NCBI GenBank assembly: GCA_965199675.1
Contig: CBDATI010000022.1
Coordinates: forward strand, 47,896-111,895
From: Vicinamibacterales bacterium
GTDB lineage: Bacteria; Acidobacteriota; Vicinamibacteria; Vicinamibacterales; UBA8438
DNA length: 64,000 bases
Direction: 5' to 3'
The position numbers and the translations under genes were made by a program. The notes under the pieces were generated by a model that searched no databases, had not been told where the DNA came from, and worked only from the letters and a program-made list of their open reading frames with translations. Position 1 is the first letter of the stretch. The number at the start of each line of letters is the position of its first letter. This document shows positions 20,200-29,739 of this stretch, piece by piece.

Positions 20200-21096
20200 A
20201 TGAGCATCGCGGTCATCGGAATGGGGACCATGGGCGCTCCCATGGCGAGGAACCTGTTGAAGGCCGGCCACCACGTGGTGGTGCACAACCGGACGCGCGA
20301 GCGCGAGGAGCCCCTCGCGGCCGAGGGCGCGAGCCGCGCCGCGAGCCCCGCCGAGGCCGCCGGCGGCGCCGACATCGTGCTGACCTGCGTCTCGGACACC
20401 CCCGATGTGGAGCGGGTGCTGCTCGACGCCGACAGCGGCGCCATCAACGGCCTGCGCGCGGGGGGGCTGGTCATCGACTGCTCGTCGATCGCCCCGGCCG
20501 CCACCCGCGACATCGCCGCCCGGTTCCGCGAGAAGGGCATCGGCTACGTCGACGCGCCGGTGTCGGGGGGCTCGGAGGGCGCCATCAAGGGCACCCTCGC
20601 CATCATGTGCGGCGGCACGGAGTCCGACTTCGAGCGGGCCAGGCCGGTGCTCGAAGTGCTGGGGGCCAAGATCACCCGCATCGGCGATGTCGGCGCGGGA
20701 CAGATTGCCAAGGTCGCCAACCAGGTGGTCATCGCCGGCACCTTCCTCGCCCTCGGCGAGGCCCTGACGCTCGCCCACCGCGCCGGGGCCGACCCCGAGA
20801 AGGTCGTCGAGGCCATCGGCGGCGGCGTGGCCGGCTCCTGGATTCTCCAGAACCGGTCGGGGAACATGCTGAACGACACCTATCCCCTCGGCTTCCGGAC
20901 CCGCCTGCACCGCAAGGACCTCGGCATCGCCCTCGACACCGCCCGCACGTTCGAGGTGCCGGCGCACATCGCCAGCCTCGTCGCGACCCTCGAGGACGGT
21001 CTGATAGCCCAGGGCTACGGCGACGAGGACATGTCGAACCTCGCGCGCTGCGTGCGCAAGGGGGCCGGGGTCCCCGACGGTCCGATGAAGGGGTAG
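20200..21096 (+). CDS. Beta-hydroxyacid dehydrogenase (3-hydroxyisobutyrate / tartronate semialdehyde reductase family)
   Basis: IGMGTMGAPMA, DAPVSGG, GAGQIAKVANQ, KDL. Confidence 0.88.
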   Translation: MSIAVIGMGTMGAPMARNLLKAGHHVVVHNRTREREEPLAAEGASRAASPAEAAGGADIVLTCVSDTPDVERVLLDADSGAINGLRAGGLVIDCSSIAPAATRDIAARFREKGIGYVDAPVSGGSEGAIKGTLAIMCGGTESDFERARPVLEVLGAKITRIGDVGAGQIAKVANQVVIAGTFLALGEALTLAHRAGADPEKVVEAIGGGVAGSWILQNRSGNMLNDTYPLGFRTRLHRKDLGIALDTARTFEVPAHIASLVATLEDGLIAQGYGDEDMSNLARCVRKGAGVPDGPMKG

Positions 21097-21378
21097 GAAC
21101 AGAACGGCGCGGACTTCCCCAGAAGGGGTGGTCGGGAGCCAACGGAGCCGCGAGACGGCCGGTTCGGCGGGTCCGGGCGCCTGCACCGTGGGAACGGCCC
21201 GGGGCGCACCGGGCCCGGGGGATCGGGCGGCGCCGTGGCAGGACGCCGCCCGCCGTCTCGGGCGGGTGTTCTCGGACTGGGCGGCGCGGACTCCGGCGTC
21301 GAATGCGAGGCGGACTCCGCCGCAGGCTGGCAGGCTGGGCGGCAGCAACGGAGCCCCACTCGGAGATGGGCGGTTGGC

Positions 21379-22083
21379 ATGAGCAAGAAGGTGTATTCCG
21401 GCTCGAAGGAGGCCCTCGACGGCCTGCTCCACGACGGCATGACCCTGATGGTCGGCGGGTTCGGCCTGTGCGGCGTGCCCCAGAGTCTCGTGCTCGCGCT
21501 GCGCGACTCGGGCGTGCGGCGCCTGACGTGCATCAGCAACAACGCCGGCGTCGACGGCGCCGGGCTCGGCCTGCTGCTCGAGACCCGCCAGATCGACAAG
21601 ATGATCGCCAGCTATGTCGGCGAGAACAAGCTCTTCGAGCGGCAGTTCCTCGACGGCATCCTCGAGGTCGAGCTGAACCCCCAGGGCACCATGGCCGAGC
21701 GCATGCGGGCCGGCGGGGCCGGCATCGCTGCCTTCTTCACCCCCACCGGCTACGGCACTCCTCTGACCGAGGGCAAGGAGACCCGCCAGTTCGACGGGCG
21801 CTGGTACGTGCTCGAGACCGCCCTGCACGCGGACGTCTCCCTCGTCAAGGCGTGGAAGGCCGACGAGGAGGGAAACCTCGTCTACCGCATGACCGCCCGC
21901 AACTTCAACCCCCCGATGGCCGAGGCGGGCCGCGTCACCGTCGCCGAGGTCGAGGAGATCGTCCCCGCCGGCGCCATCGACCCCCACCTGGTCCACACCC
22001 CCGGCATCTACGTCGACCGCGTGGTCGTCGGCGAGCACCAGGAGAAGGTCATCGAGCGCCGCAAGACGCGTCCGGGCGGGTGA
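21379..22083 (+). CDS. scoA: 3-oxoacid CoA-transferase subunit A
   Basis: GGFGLCGVP, SNNAG, SYVGEN, PQGTMAER, TARNFNP. Confidence 0.9.
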   Translation: MSKKVYSGSKEALDGLLHDGMTLMVGGFGLCGVPQSLVLALRDSGVRRLTCISNNAGVDGAGLGLLLETRQIDKMIASYVGENKLFERQFLDGILEVELNPQGTMAERMRAGGAGIAAFFTPTGYGTPLTEGKETRQFDGRWYVLETALHADVSLVKAWKADEEGNLVYRMTARNFNPPMAEAGRVTVAEVEEIVPAGAIDPHLVHTPGIYVDRVVVGEHQEKVIERRKTRPGG

Positions 22084-22102
22084 CGGCCTGCGCCGGCGGC
22101 CC

Positions 22103-22134
22103 CCCCGGCCGCGGCGCGGCCGGGGCTGTTTTCT
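22103..22134 (+). terminator. Probable intrinsic terminator after scoA
   Basis: Stem ccccggccgc/gcggccgggg followed by ctgttttct. Confidence 0.55.
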
Positions 22135-22228
22135 GCTAGGCTGTTCCAAATAAGGCTCTCTGCGGGTAACAGGTTTGGCTTTGCGATGGCCAACACGTTG
22201 CCCATACGACCGAACGAGGAGAAACGAG

Positions 22229-23023
22229 ATGTTCAACAGGATCACGCCAGTGCTCGCTGCCGGCGCCTCGAGCACGCCGCCGACAGCGTCGCGCCGAGCC
22301 TTTGGACAACGTCTTGGCCTGTCGGCCGCCGGACTTGCCCTCGCGGGATGCTCGGCGTCTGAGCCCTCGGCCGACTCGGCGCCCGCCGAGGCGGCGGACG
22401 ACCAGGAGTTCGCGCCGGCCCAGGATGCTGCGTCACAGGCTGCCGTCACGCCTGACGCCGCCCTCACGCTCCTTGCCGACGGCAACGCGAGATTCGTGGC
22501 CGGGACTCCTGTCCGTCGCGACTACAGCGATCAGATTCGAGCGACCGCCGCCGGGCAGTACCCGTTCGCGGTGGTGCTCGGGTGCATCGATTCGCGAGTC
22601 CCCATCGAGACGGTCTTCGATCAGGGGATCGGGGACATCTTTGCGGCCCGGGTCGCCGGCAACATCGTGAACACCGAACTGCTGGGCAGCATGGAGTTCG
22701 CCTGTCAACTCGCCGGGTCGAAGCTCGTGGTCGTCCTCGGACACACCTCGTGCGGCGCCGTGAAGGGGGCCATCAGCAGCGCCCGGCTCGGCAATCTCAC
22801 GCAGCTCGTGCAGAAGATCGAACCAGCCGTGGAGGCGAACGACGGCGAGCGCGATGTCGACAACGCCGACTACGTCGACGGGGTCGCCGAAGAGAACGTG
22901 CGCATGGTGATGGCGGAGATTCGCCGAGAGAGCCCGGTACTGGCCGCGATGGAGGAGGAAGGAACGATCCGAATCGTGGGCGGGATGTATGACGTCTCCA
23001 CCGGCGTCGTGCGCTTCATCTGA
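22229..23023 (+). CDS. Beta-carbonic anhydrase, predicted Tat lipoprotein
   Basis: CIDSRV and HTSCG zinc motifs, RVAGN; SRRAF twin-arginine and LAGC lipobox. Confidence 0.88.
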   Translation: MFNRITPVLAAGASSTPPTASRRAFGQRLGLSAAGLALAGCSASEPSADSAPAEAADDQEFAPAQDAASQAAVTPDAALTLLADGNARFVAGTPVRRDYSDQIRATAAGQYPFAVVLGCIDSRVPIETVFDQGIGDIFAARVAGNIVNTELLGSMEFACQLAGSKLVVVLGHTSCGAVKGAISSARLGNLTQLVQKIEPAVEANDGERDVDNADYVDGVAEENVRMVMAEIRRESPVLAAMEEEGTIRIVGGMYDVSTGVVRFI

Positions 23024-23026
23024 CCC

Positions 23027-23731
23027 ATGCAGCGGTTGCTCGGCGCCCTCGTTCTTGCCGGCGTCATGCTGGCGCCCGGTGCGGCCCCGGCGCAGACGCC
23101 GGTCGACTGGGACCAGCTCGGCGCCTGGTACATGCTGTTCTGGTCGACTCGCTTCGATGACACGTCGGTGGGACTACAGGGTGACGTGCAGCACCGCAAC
23201 TGGAACATGGGAACCGACCTGGAGCAGTTGCTGATCCGGGGCGGCCTGACCTACGACCTGCCCGAATCTCCGGTGCGAGTGACCGGTGGCGTGGCGCACA
23301 TCACGAGCGGCGCCTTCGGCGACAGCGACGAGACCAGCGGGGAGCGACGCGTGTATCAGGAGGCCTTGGTTCGGCAGTCTTTGGGACGGGTCGTTTCTCT
23401 GCGCCACCGCTACCGGTACGAACAGCGTTGGGTCGACGGCCAGGACTTCCGGACTCGGTTTCGCTACGCCCTGTTCGGCGATGTCGCGCTGAATGGACGG
23501 GGGACCGGAAACAGGTCCATCTACCTGGCGCTGTACAACGAAGTCTTCATGAACGGGGAGCTCGAAATCGGGCCGGGCAGGACCGTGGAGCGCTTCGACC
23601 GCAACCGGTTCTACACCGCACTTGGCTTCGGAGTCAGCGACCGGTCCCAGGTTCAGGCCGGCTACATGATCCAGACGGTGCGAGGCGGCTCGAAGGGGCA
23701 GATCCAGATCAGTCTCCACTCGTCCTTCTGA
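23027..23731 (+). CDS. DUF2490-like outer-membrane beta-barrel
   Basis: Signal peptide, LEQLLIRGG, RYRYEQRW, RFRY, YNEVF, FDRNR, terminal F. Confidence 0.75.
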   Translation: MQRLLGALVLAGVMLAPGAAPAQTPVDWDQLGAWYMLFWSTRFDDTSVGLQGDVQHRNWNMGTDLEQLLIRGGLTYDLPESPVRVTGGVAHITSGAFGDSDETSGERRVYQEALVRQSLGRVVSLRHRYRYEQRWVDGQDFRTRFRYALFGDVALNGRGTGNRSIYLALYNEVFMNGELEIGPGRTVERFDRNRFYTALGFGVSDRSQVQAGYMIQTVRGGSKGQIQISLHSSF

Positions 23732-23989
23732 ATGCACAACCCGATCAGGGCCGGCGGCGAACCGCGCCGGTCCGCGCGCGGAGCCTCCAGACCCTCGATG
23801 GGCCGGTGCGGAGCGCCCTCGGACAACCCGCCCTGCCGCCGATCCTGGCCCGGCTTCCGGGGAACCATCGCGAGAGCGGTCCTTGCGGGCGGCGGTCGCC
23901 GAGGCGACGCCGGCCGATCGGCGCGGCCCGGGTCCGGGCCGCAGGGCGCGTCGATTCGTCGACACGATTCGAGCGTCAGGTCGGCGTGT

Positions 23990-24568
23990 TCACGGCCACA
24001 GGTCGCCGAGGCTGAAGGTGACTGCCTCGAAGGGGCGGATGCGGACCGGGGCGTCGCTTCTTGCGGTCGCGATCGGCGCCCACTCGCCGTCGCGCAGCTC
24101 GAATGCCTCGAGTGTTCGAGCTGGTGGGTCGACGAGCCAGAGATGCCCCACGCCCTCGCGCGCGTAGACGGGGCGCTTGGCGTGCAGGTCGAGCCTGCGG
24201 GTCGAGGGCGAGAGGACTTCGCACACCCAGTCGGGCGCCAGGGTGGCGTATGCGGCATCGGGGAAGTCTGGCATCCGCTCTCGGCGCCAGCCCGCGAGGT
24301 CGGGCACGAGGATGTCGTCGCCCAAGTGGAGCTCGGGTTCGAAGATGATCCACCAGCCGCCGGGGCCGCCGCGGGCGAACTGGAAGGGGCCGGAGAGATC
24401 GTGCCCGAGCGCCGATGTCGCCAGCGCATGCGGCAAGGCCGGCCGTGGGCTGGTGTAGAGCACGCCGTCGACGATTTCGGCGACGCGATGGGGCGGGGCG
24501 TCGAGCACGTCCTGGTAGGTGGCGCGCGGCTGCGGGCCGGCATCGCGCCGCCGTGCTGCCGTGCTCAT
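23990..24568 (-). CDS. Uma2/DUF820 family endonuclease-like protein
   Basis: ATYQDVLDAPPHRVAEIVDG, EPELHL, PDLAGWRRER, PDWVCEVLSPST. ATGA overlap with the pqqE stop. Confidence 0.88.
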   Translation of the reverse strand: MSTAARRRDAGPQPRATYQDVLDAPPHRVAEIVDGVLYTSPRPALPHALATSALGHDLSGPFQFARGGPGGWWIIFEPELHLGDDILVPDLAGWRRERMPDFPDAAYATLAPDWVCEVLSPSTRRLDLHAKRPVYAREGVGHLWLVDPPARTLEAFELRDGEWAPIATARSDAPVRIRPFEAVTFSLGDLWP

Positions 24569-25656
24569 CGCGGCATGACGCGGTAGACCAGGGGCGGGTC
24601 GCCCTGCGCGGCCTCTTCGAGGGCGGCGGCCACGAGGTGGTGGTGGGGCGAGAGCTCGCAGATGGGGTCGGTGGCGGTGACGTCGCCGGTCATGAGGAAC
24701 GCCTGACAGCGGCAGCCGCCGAAGTCGATCTCGCGGCGGTCGCAGCTTCGGCACGGCTCTGGCATCCAGTCGGTGCCGCGGAAGCGCTGGAAGATGGGCG
24801 CCCGCTCCCAGATCTCGGCCAGCGCGTGGTCGCGCACGTTGGGGAACTCCAGCCCCGGAATCTCGCGGGCGGTCTGGCACGGCAGGACGTAGCCGTCGGG
24901 GGCCACGCTCATCGACACCATGCCCCAGCCCTGGAGGCAGGCCTTCGGGTAGCGCTCGAAGTAGTAGTCGGGGAGGACGTGCTGGATGTCGACGCCGCCG
25001 GTCCCCGCCGCGCGCACCCGCTCGACCTCGGCGTGGGCGCGGTCGAGCTGCTCGCGAGTGGGCATGAGCGCGGCCCGGTTCTTGAACGCCCACCCGGTGT
25101 ACTGGGTGTGCGCGAGCTCGAGCCGGTCGACCCGCCATTCCTGCGCGAGGGCGATGACCTCGGCGATGCGGTCGAGGTTCTGCCGGTGCAGCACCACGTT
25201 CAGGGTCACCGGGAACCCGAGCCGCTTGGCTCCGAGCACCGCCTCGCGCTTGCGGTCGAACGACTGCGTCCCCGCGAGTCGGTCGTTCGACTCGGGCAGG
25301 GTGTCGAGCAGGCTCACCTGGAAGTGGTCGAGGCCGGCCTCGCGCAGTTGCTCGATCCGGGCGCCGTCGACCACCGTGGCCCCGGTGCTCATGTTCGAGT
25401 AGAGCCCGGCCGCGGCGGCGGCGCGGACGAGGTCGAGGATGTCGCGGCGCACCAGGGGCTCGCCGCCCGACAGGTGGAGCTGCACCACCCCGAGGTCGGC
25501 CGCCTCGTTGAACACGCGGACCCACGTCTCGGTGTCGAGCTCGTCGCGGTACTTGTTCAGTTCGAGGGGGTTGCTGCAGTAGGGGCACTGCAGCGGACAG
25601 CGGTACGTGACCTCCGCGAGCAGGGCGAGTGGCCGGGGCAGGGGGGTGTCGGTCAA
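24565..25656 (-). CDS. pqqE: PqqA peptide cyclase (radical SAM/SPASM)
   Basis: LLAEVTYRCPLQCPYCSNP, SGGEP, YPKACLQGWG, DFGGCRCQA. TTG start overlaps the pqqD stop. Confidence 0.92.
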   Translation of the reverse strand: MTDTPLPRPLALLAEVTYRCPLQCPYCSNPLELNKYRDELDTETWVRVFNEAADLGVVQLHLSGGEPLVRRDILDLVRAAAAAGLYSNMSTGATVVDGARIEQLREAGLDHFQVSLLDTLPESNDRLAGTQSFDRKREAVLGAKRLGFPVTLNVVLHRQNLDRIAEVIALAQEWRVDRLELAHTQYTGWAFKNRAALMPTREQLDRAHAEVERVRAAGTGGVDIQHVLPDYYFERYPKACLQGWGMVSMSVAPDGYVLPCQTAREIPGLEFPNVRDHALAEIWERAPIFQRFRGTDWMPEPCRSCDRREIDFGGCRCQAFLMTGDVTATDPICELSPHHHLVAAALEEAAQGDPPLVYRVMPR

Positions 25657-25928
25657 CGCTGACCTCCGTCGCGCACCAGCCCCCGTTCCGCCAGATGGCC
25701 GAGGAACTCGTGGACGTCGCCGGCGGGCTCGGCGCCGGGGAACTGCTCCTTCAAGGTCGCGATCAGCTCGTCGGTGGTCCGTCCGTCGCACAACTGCACG
25801 ATGGCCTTTCCCGGTTCGTTCAGGACCATCATGCCCTCGGGGAACACGAGCTGGTGCTGGTTGCGCACCTTGTCCCAACGGTAGCGGGCGCCGGGGGCGA
25901 GGACGGGGGTGGTGATCGGCTGCGGCAT
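25653..25928 (-). CDS. pqqD: PqqA-binding chaperone
   Basis: WDKVRNQHQLVFPEGMMVLNE..IVQLCDG..DVHEFL. Confidence 0.9.
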   Translation of the reverse strand: MPQPITTPVLAPGARYRWDKVRNQHQLVFPEGMMVLNEPGKAIVQLCDGRTTDELIATLKEQFPGAEPAGDVHEFLGHLAERGLVRDGGQR

Positions 25929-26047
25929 GGCTCGGTGTGGCGGCGAACGCCACAGTGATGATACAACGAACGCCGCCACAGGCTCCCCGGTAGCCGCCGC
26001 GGTCCGGGAGGCAGAGCGCTCATCCTCATCAGACACCGGGGTAATCG

Positions 26048-26962
26048 ATGCAGATACACGTGTTGGGATCGGCCGCCGGGGGAGGGTTCCCCCAGTGGAA
26101 CTGCAACTGCCGCAACTGCCGGCGGCTCCGCGAGGGGACGCTCCGCGGGAGCGCCCGCACGCAGTCGTCCATCACCGTCAGCAGCAACGGGGTCGACTGG
26201 GTGCTCTTCAATGCGTCGCCGGACATCCGGCAGCAGCTCGCCTCGTTTCCGCCCCTGCAGCCGGGGCGTGCGGTCCGCGACACGGGCATCTGCGCCATCG
26301 TCGTCGTCGACTCGCAGGTCGACCACACGACCGGCCTCGTCGTGCTGCGCGAGCACACCGAGGCGTGGGACATCTACTGCACGCGGGTGGTGTACGACGA
26401 CCTCACCACCGGCTATCCGCTCTTCAACGTCCTGTCCCACTTCAAGGGCGTGAACTGGCGCGAGGTGAGGCTGGACGAGGTCCCCTTCGCCATCCCGAAG
26501 GCGGACGGGCTGCTCTTCACCGCCGTGCCGCTGAAGAGCGAGGCGCCGCCGTACTCGCCCCACCGGCACAACACCATTCCCGGGAACAACATCGGGGTAC
26601 GGGTGGCCGACGCCGCCACCGGCCGCAACCTGTTCTACGCCCCGGGCCTGGGCGAGATCGAGCCGCACGTGCGCCGCTACATGGAAGAGGCCGACTGCCT
26701 GCTCGTGGACGGCACGGTGTGGACCGACAACGAGCTCGCCCGCGAGGGCATCAGTGACAAGCGCGCCCAGGACATGGGCCACCTGAACCAGTCGGGGGCG
26801 GGCGGCATGGTCGAGACCCTGGTGTCGCTGGACTGCCCGCGGAAGATCGTGATCCACATCAACAACACCAACCCCATCCTCGACGAAGAGTCGGCCGAGC
26901 ACGCCGCCCTCGTCGAGGCCGGGATCGAGATCGCTTACGATGGCATGGACATCGCGCTGTGA
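26048..26962 (+). CDS. pqqB: PQQ biosynthesis protein B
   Basis: LGSAAGGGFPQWNCNC, RTQSS, NASPDIRQQ, MGHL, IHINNTNP. Confidence 0.95.
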   Translation: MQIHVLGSAAGGGFPQWNCNCRNCRRLREGTLRGSARTQSSITVSSNGVDWVLFNASPDIRQQLASFPPLQPGRAVRDTGICAIVVVDSQVDHTTGLVVLREHTEAWDIYCTRVVYDDLTTGYPLFNVLSHFKGVNWREVRLDEVPFAIPKADGLLFTAVPLKSEAPPYSPHRHNTIPGNNIGVRVADAATGRNLFYAPGLGEIEPHVRRYMEEADCLLVDGTVWTDNELAREGISDKRAQDMGHLNQSGAGGMVETLVSLDCPRKIVIHINNTNPILDEESAEHAALVEAGIEIAYDGMDIAL

Positions 26963-27140
26963 GGGGCTGTGAGGCGCCTCGATCGATATCGACCGGCGCC
27001 ACGACGACCTGTTCGTGCCCTGGCCAACGCCCTGGCTGGCGGCAAGACGATGCGCGGCCGCGGCGCCGTCCGCGGGTGGGCGTCGCCCGCGTCCTGGGGA
27101 CGCGGCGGGTTGACGGCGCGAACGACCGGGAGGTGACCGA

Positions 27141-28964
27141 ATGACAGCAGGCAACCCCGTGCGGGGGCTGGTGACGACCCTCGTCGTGCTCGCGGTCGGG
27201 GCGGCGGGAGCCGGCCGGGCCGAGGCGCAGGGCCGGACGACGCGGGGGACGGCCCCGCCCGACATCACCGCGGGCGGGCAGACCAACTGGACGAGCCACA
27301 ACCTCGACCTCGCGAACAGCCGCTACTCGGGGCTCGACGAGATCGACGCCGGGAACGTGGGACGCCTGACCGAGATTTGGTCGGCGACGGCGCCGGCCGG
27401 CGTCAACATCGCCCAGGTGACGCCGCTCGTCGTCGACGGCCTGATGTACTTCCACGCCGGGGCGAACGTCGTGGCCGTCAGCGCGACGACCGGCGAGTCG
27501 GTGTGGACGCTCGAACTCGACTCGGCCCGGCCGAACCGTTCGCGCGGACCGACCTACGCCGAGGGGAAGATCTACGCCTACACCGGACCGAACCTGGTAG
27601 CGGCCGACGCCCGCACCGGTGCGCTCGTGGAGTCGTACGGCGACGGCGGGGTGCTCCCGGTGGTCGCCCTGGCGTTGCAGGCCAAGTACCCGGACGCCTA
27701 TCCGCCGGACTTCGATCCCCACGACATCGGCTACCGCATCACGAGCGCGCCCGCCTACCACGACGGGACCCTCTACCTCGGCACCTCCAACTCGGAGAAC
27801 CACATCCCCGGCGGCCTCGTCATCGCCGCCGACGCCGAGACGGGCGCCATCCGGTGGGTGTTCAACACCATTCCCCAGCGCCCCCAGGACGACGGGTGGG
27901 AGGTCGCGCGCGACACCTGGGGCGACGGCCAGCGCGCCGGGGGCGGGGTCTGGACGCAGCCCGCCATCGATCCCGATCTCGGCCTCGTGTACTTCAACAC
28001 CGGCAACCCGTCGCCCGACTACGACGGCTCGGCCCGCCCCGGGGCCAACCTGTTCACCAACGCCACCATCGCCCTCGACCTCGAGACGGGGGCGCTGCGC
28101 TGGCACTACCAGGCCATCCACCACGACCTCTGGGACTGGGACCACGTCACCGGGCCGGTGCTCTTCGACGTGACCCGCGACGGCGAGACCATCGCGGGCG
28201 TCGGCGCCGCCGGCAAGAACTGCCTGCTCTATCTCTGGCGCCGCGAGACCGGCGTGCCGATCAACCCGATGGTGGAGACGGCCGTCCCCACCGAGAGCAA
28301 CGTGCCCGGCGAGGTCGTCTACCCGACCCAGCCGATTCCCCACAACGCGCGGGGCATTCCCATGACCCCGTTCTGCGCGACGTTCGTGCATCTCGACGAC
28401 CCCGAGCTGCAGGCGCAGACGCGGCAGATGTACACGCCGTACTCCATCGACGAGCACCTCATCGTCGCCCACGGCGGATCGAGCTTCGGCTCGCCGGCGT
28501 TCAGCCCGCGGACCGGCCTGCTCTACGTCACCGGCAAGAACGCCGCCGTCTCGATGATCGTCAGGCCCCTCGGCGACAGTCTCCGCCCGGGGCCGCACGG
28601 GCTCGGTCACAACGGCAACTTCGAGGAGATCAGCCGCGTTCCCGCCTTCACCCCGACCACGACGCTGACCGCGTACGAGCCGGCGAGCGGCGAGGAGGCG
28701 TGGCAGCAGGTGTTTCCCGCCCTCACCCACATCGGGGCGAGCGGGAACCTCGCGACGGCCGGCGACCTCGTGTTCCAGGGCGCCGACGACGGGGCGTTCT
28801 ACGCGTTCCACGCCGCCACCGGCGAGCAGTTGTTCCGGTACGACGCGCCCCGGCCCATCCGGGCGAGCCCGATGACCTACGCGGTGAACGGCCGGCAGTA
28901 CGTCACGGTCATCGCGACCGACACCATCATCACGTTGGCGCTGTCGCCGGGGTCGGTGCCGTAG
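27141..28964 (+). CDS. Secreted PQQ-dependent dehydrogenase-like beta-propeller
   Basis: Signal peptide, RYSGLDEIDAGNV, TPLVVDG, GGGVW, TGNPSPD, HHDLWDWD, SPMTYAVNGRQYV. No vicinal CC and no heme motif. Confidence 0.85.
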   Translation: MTAGNPVRGLVTTLVVLAVGAAGAGRAEAQGRTTRGTAPPDITAGGQTNWTSHNLDLANSRYSGLDEIDAGNVGRLTEIWSATAPAGVNIAQVTPLVVDGLMYFHAGANVVAVSATTGESVWTLELDSARPNRSRGPTYAEGKIYAYTGPNLVAADARTGALVESYGDGGVLPVVALALQAKYPDAYPPDFDPHDIGYRITSAPAYHDGTLYLGTSNSENHIPGGLVIAADAETGAIRWVFNTIPQRPQDDGWEVARDTWGDGQRAGGGVWTQPAIDPDLGLVYFNTGNPSPDYDGSARPGANLFTNATIALDLETGALRWHYQAIHHDLWDWDHVTGPVLFDVTRDGETIAGVGAAGKNCLLYLWRRETGVPINPMVETAVPTESNVPGEVVYPTQPIPHNARGIPMTPFCATFVHLDDPELQAQTRQMYTPYSIDEHLIVAHGGSSFGSPAFSPRTGLLYVTGKNAAVSMIVRPLGDSLRPGPHGLGHNGNFEEISRVPAFTPTTTLTAYEPASGEEAWQQVFPALTHIGASGNLATAGDLVFQGADDGAFYAFHAATGEQLFRYDAPRPIRASPMTYAVNGRQYVTVIATDTIITLALSPGSVP

Positions 28965-29171
28965 TCGGGCAGGTCAGGCCGGCGAGTCGCCCGGGCGGCG
29001 CGGTCCGCGACCCACGTCATCGTCACGTTGGCGCTGTCGCCGGGGGTCGGTGCTGTAGTCGGGCAGGTCACGTCGGCCCGGCGAGTTGCAGGCGGGGGGG
29101 CCGGGACCGACGCCATCATCACGTTGTCGCTGTCGCCGGGTCGGTGCTGTAGGTCGGGCAGGTCAGGCCGG
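28916..29171. repeat. Three imperfect copies of the PQQ-enzyme 3' end (periods 93 and 96)
   Basis: gacc.ac..catc.tcacgttg.cgctgtcgccggg..tcggtgc.gtag..cgggcaggtca at about 28916, 29009 and 29105. Confidence 0.85.
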
Positions 29172-29348
29172 CTCGGTGAAGTCGCTCGGCGCGGGGGCAG
29201 CGCCTCGCGTCGTCTGCAACACCGGCGCGGTCTCGAGCGCGTGGGACGGGCGCAAGACCGTCTTCAGGGCCAAGGCGTCGTCGGCGACGACGGGCCCGGT
29301 CGGGTCGGGGAGACCCGCGGGGTAGATCCAGGGCCAGGGCGCCGGTAC

Positions 29349-29385
29349 AAAAAAGAGCGCGTGCGCGACAGAGCCGCACACGCGC
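29349..29385 (-). terminator. Intrinsic terminator downstream of pqqA
   Basis: Minus strand GCGCGTGTGCG-loop-CGCGCACGCGC followed by TCTTTTTT. A second hairpin lies at 29455-29476, just after the pqqA stop. Confidence 0.7.
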
Positions 29386-29485
29386 AGCAGAACCGGGGAA
29401 CACGATATCCCTGGTTCGAGACCAGAAGACGCCGTATACCCCAAGGCGCGAACAGGAGCGCCCCAAGAGGCGCTCCCGGATCGGC

Positions 29486-29560
29486 CTAGCGAGCGGTGAC
29501 GTAGAGAGTCACTTCCATGTTGAGGGCGATCTCTCTGATCTCGGGCTTGGTCCAGGTCAT
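29486..29560 (-). CDS. pqqA: PQQ precursor peptide MTWTKPEIREIALNMEVTLYVTAR
   Basis: Manual translation: W-x-K-P leader and E-V-T-L-Y core. AAGGAG RBS. Too short for the ORF track. Confidence 0.93.
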   Translation of the reverse strand: MTWTKPEIREIALNMEVTLYVTAR

Positions 29561-29602
29561 GTTCTCGCTCCTTCTGTCGGAAAAAGTCAACCGGAAAGGC
29601 AG

Positions 29603-29640
29603 ACTATACACAGCCCGCCGGAGCAGTGCAAGAAAAAAAA
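29603..29640 (-). promoter_or_regulatory. Sigma70-like promoter for pqqA
   Basis: Minus strand TTGCAC-N17-TATAGT with an upstream T8 tract, within a GC-rich genome. Confidence 0.6.
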
Positions 29641-29739
29641 TGCGCCATCGCTGCGGGGCGCCGCCGGCGGGTTGCGGAGACAGCCCCCGCCGGATCGTGC
29701 TAGCCTGACGCGACGAACGGACGCGGGGAGGCCGAGCAG

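Noticed and set aside
27141-28964. Calling the PQQ enzyme xoxF or mxaF
   Set aside because: It lacks the vicinal Cys-Cys and the other methanol dehydrogenase motifs.
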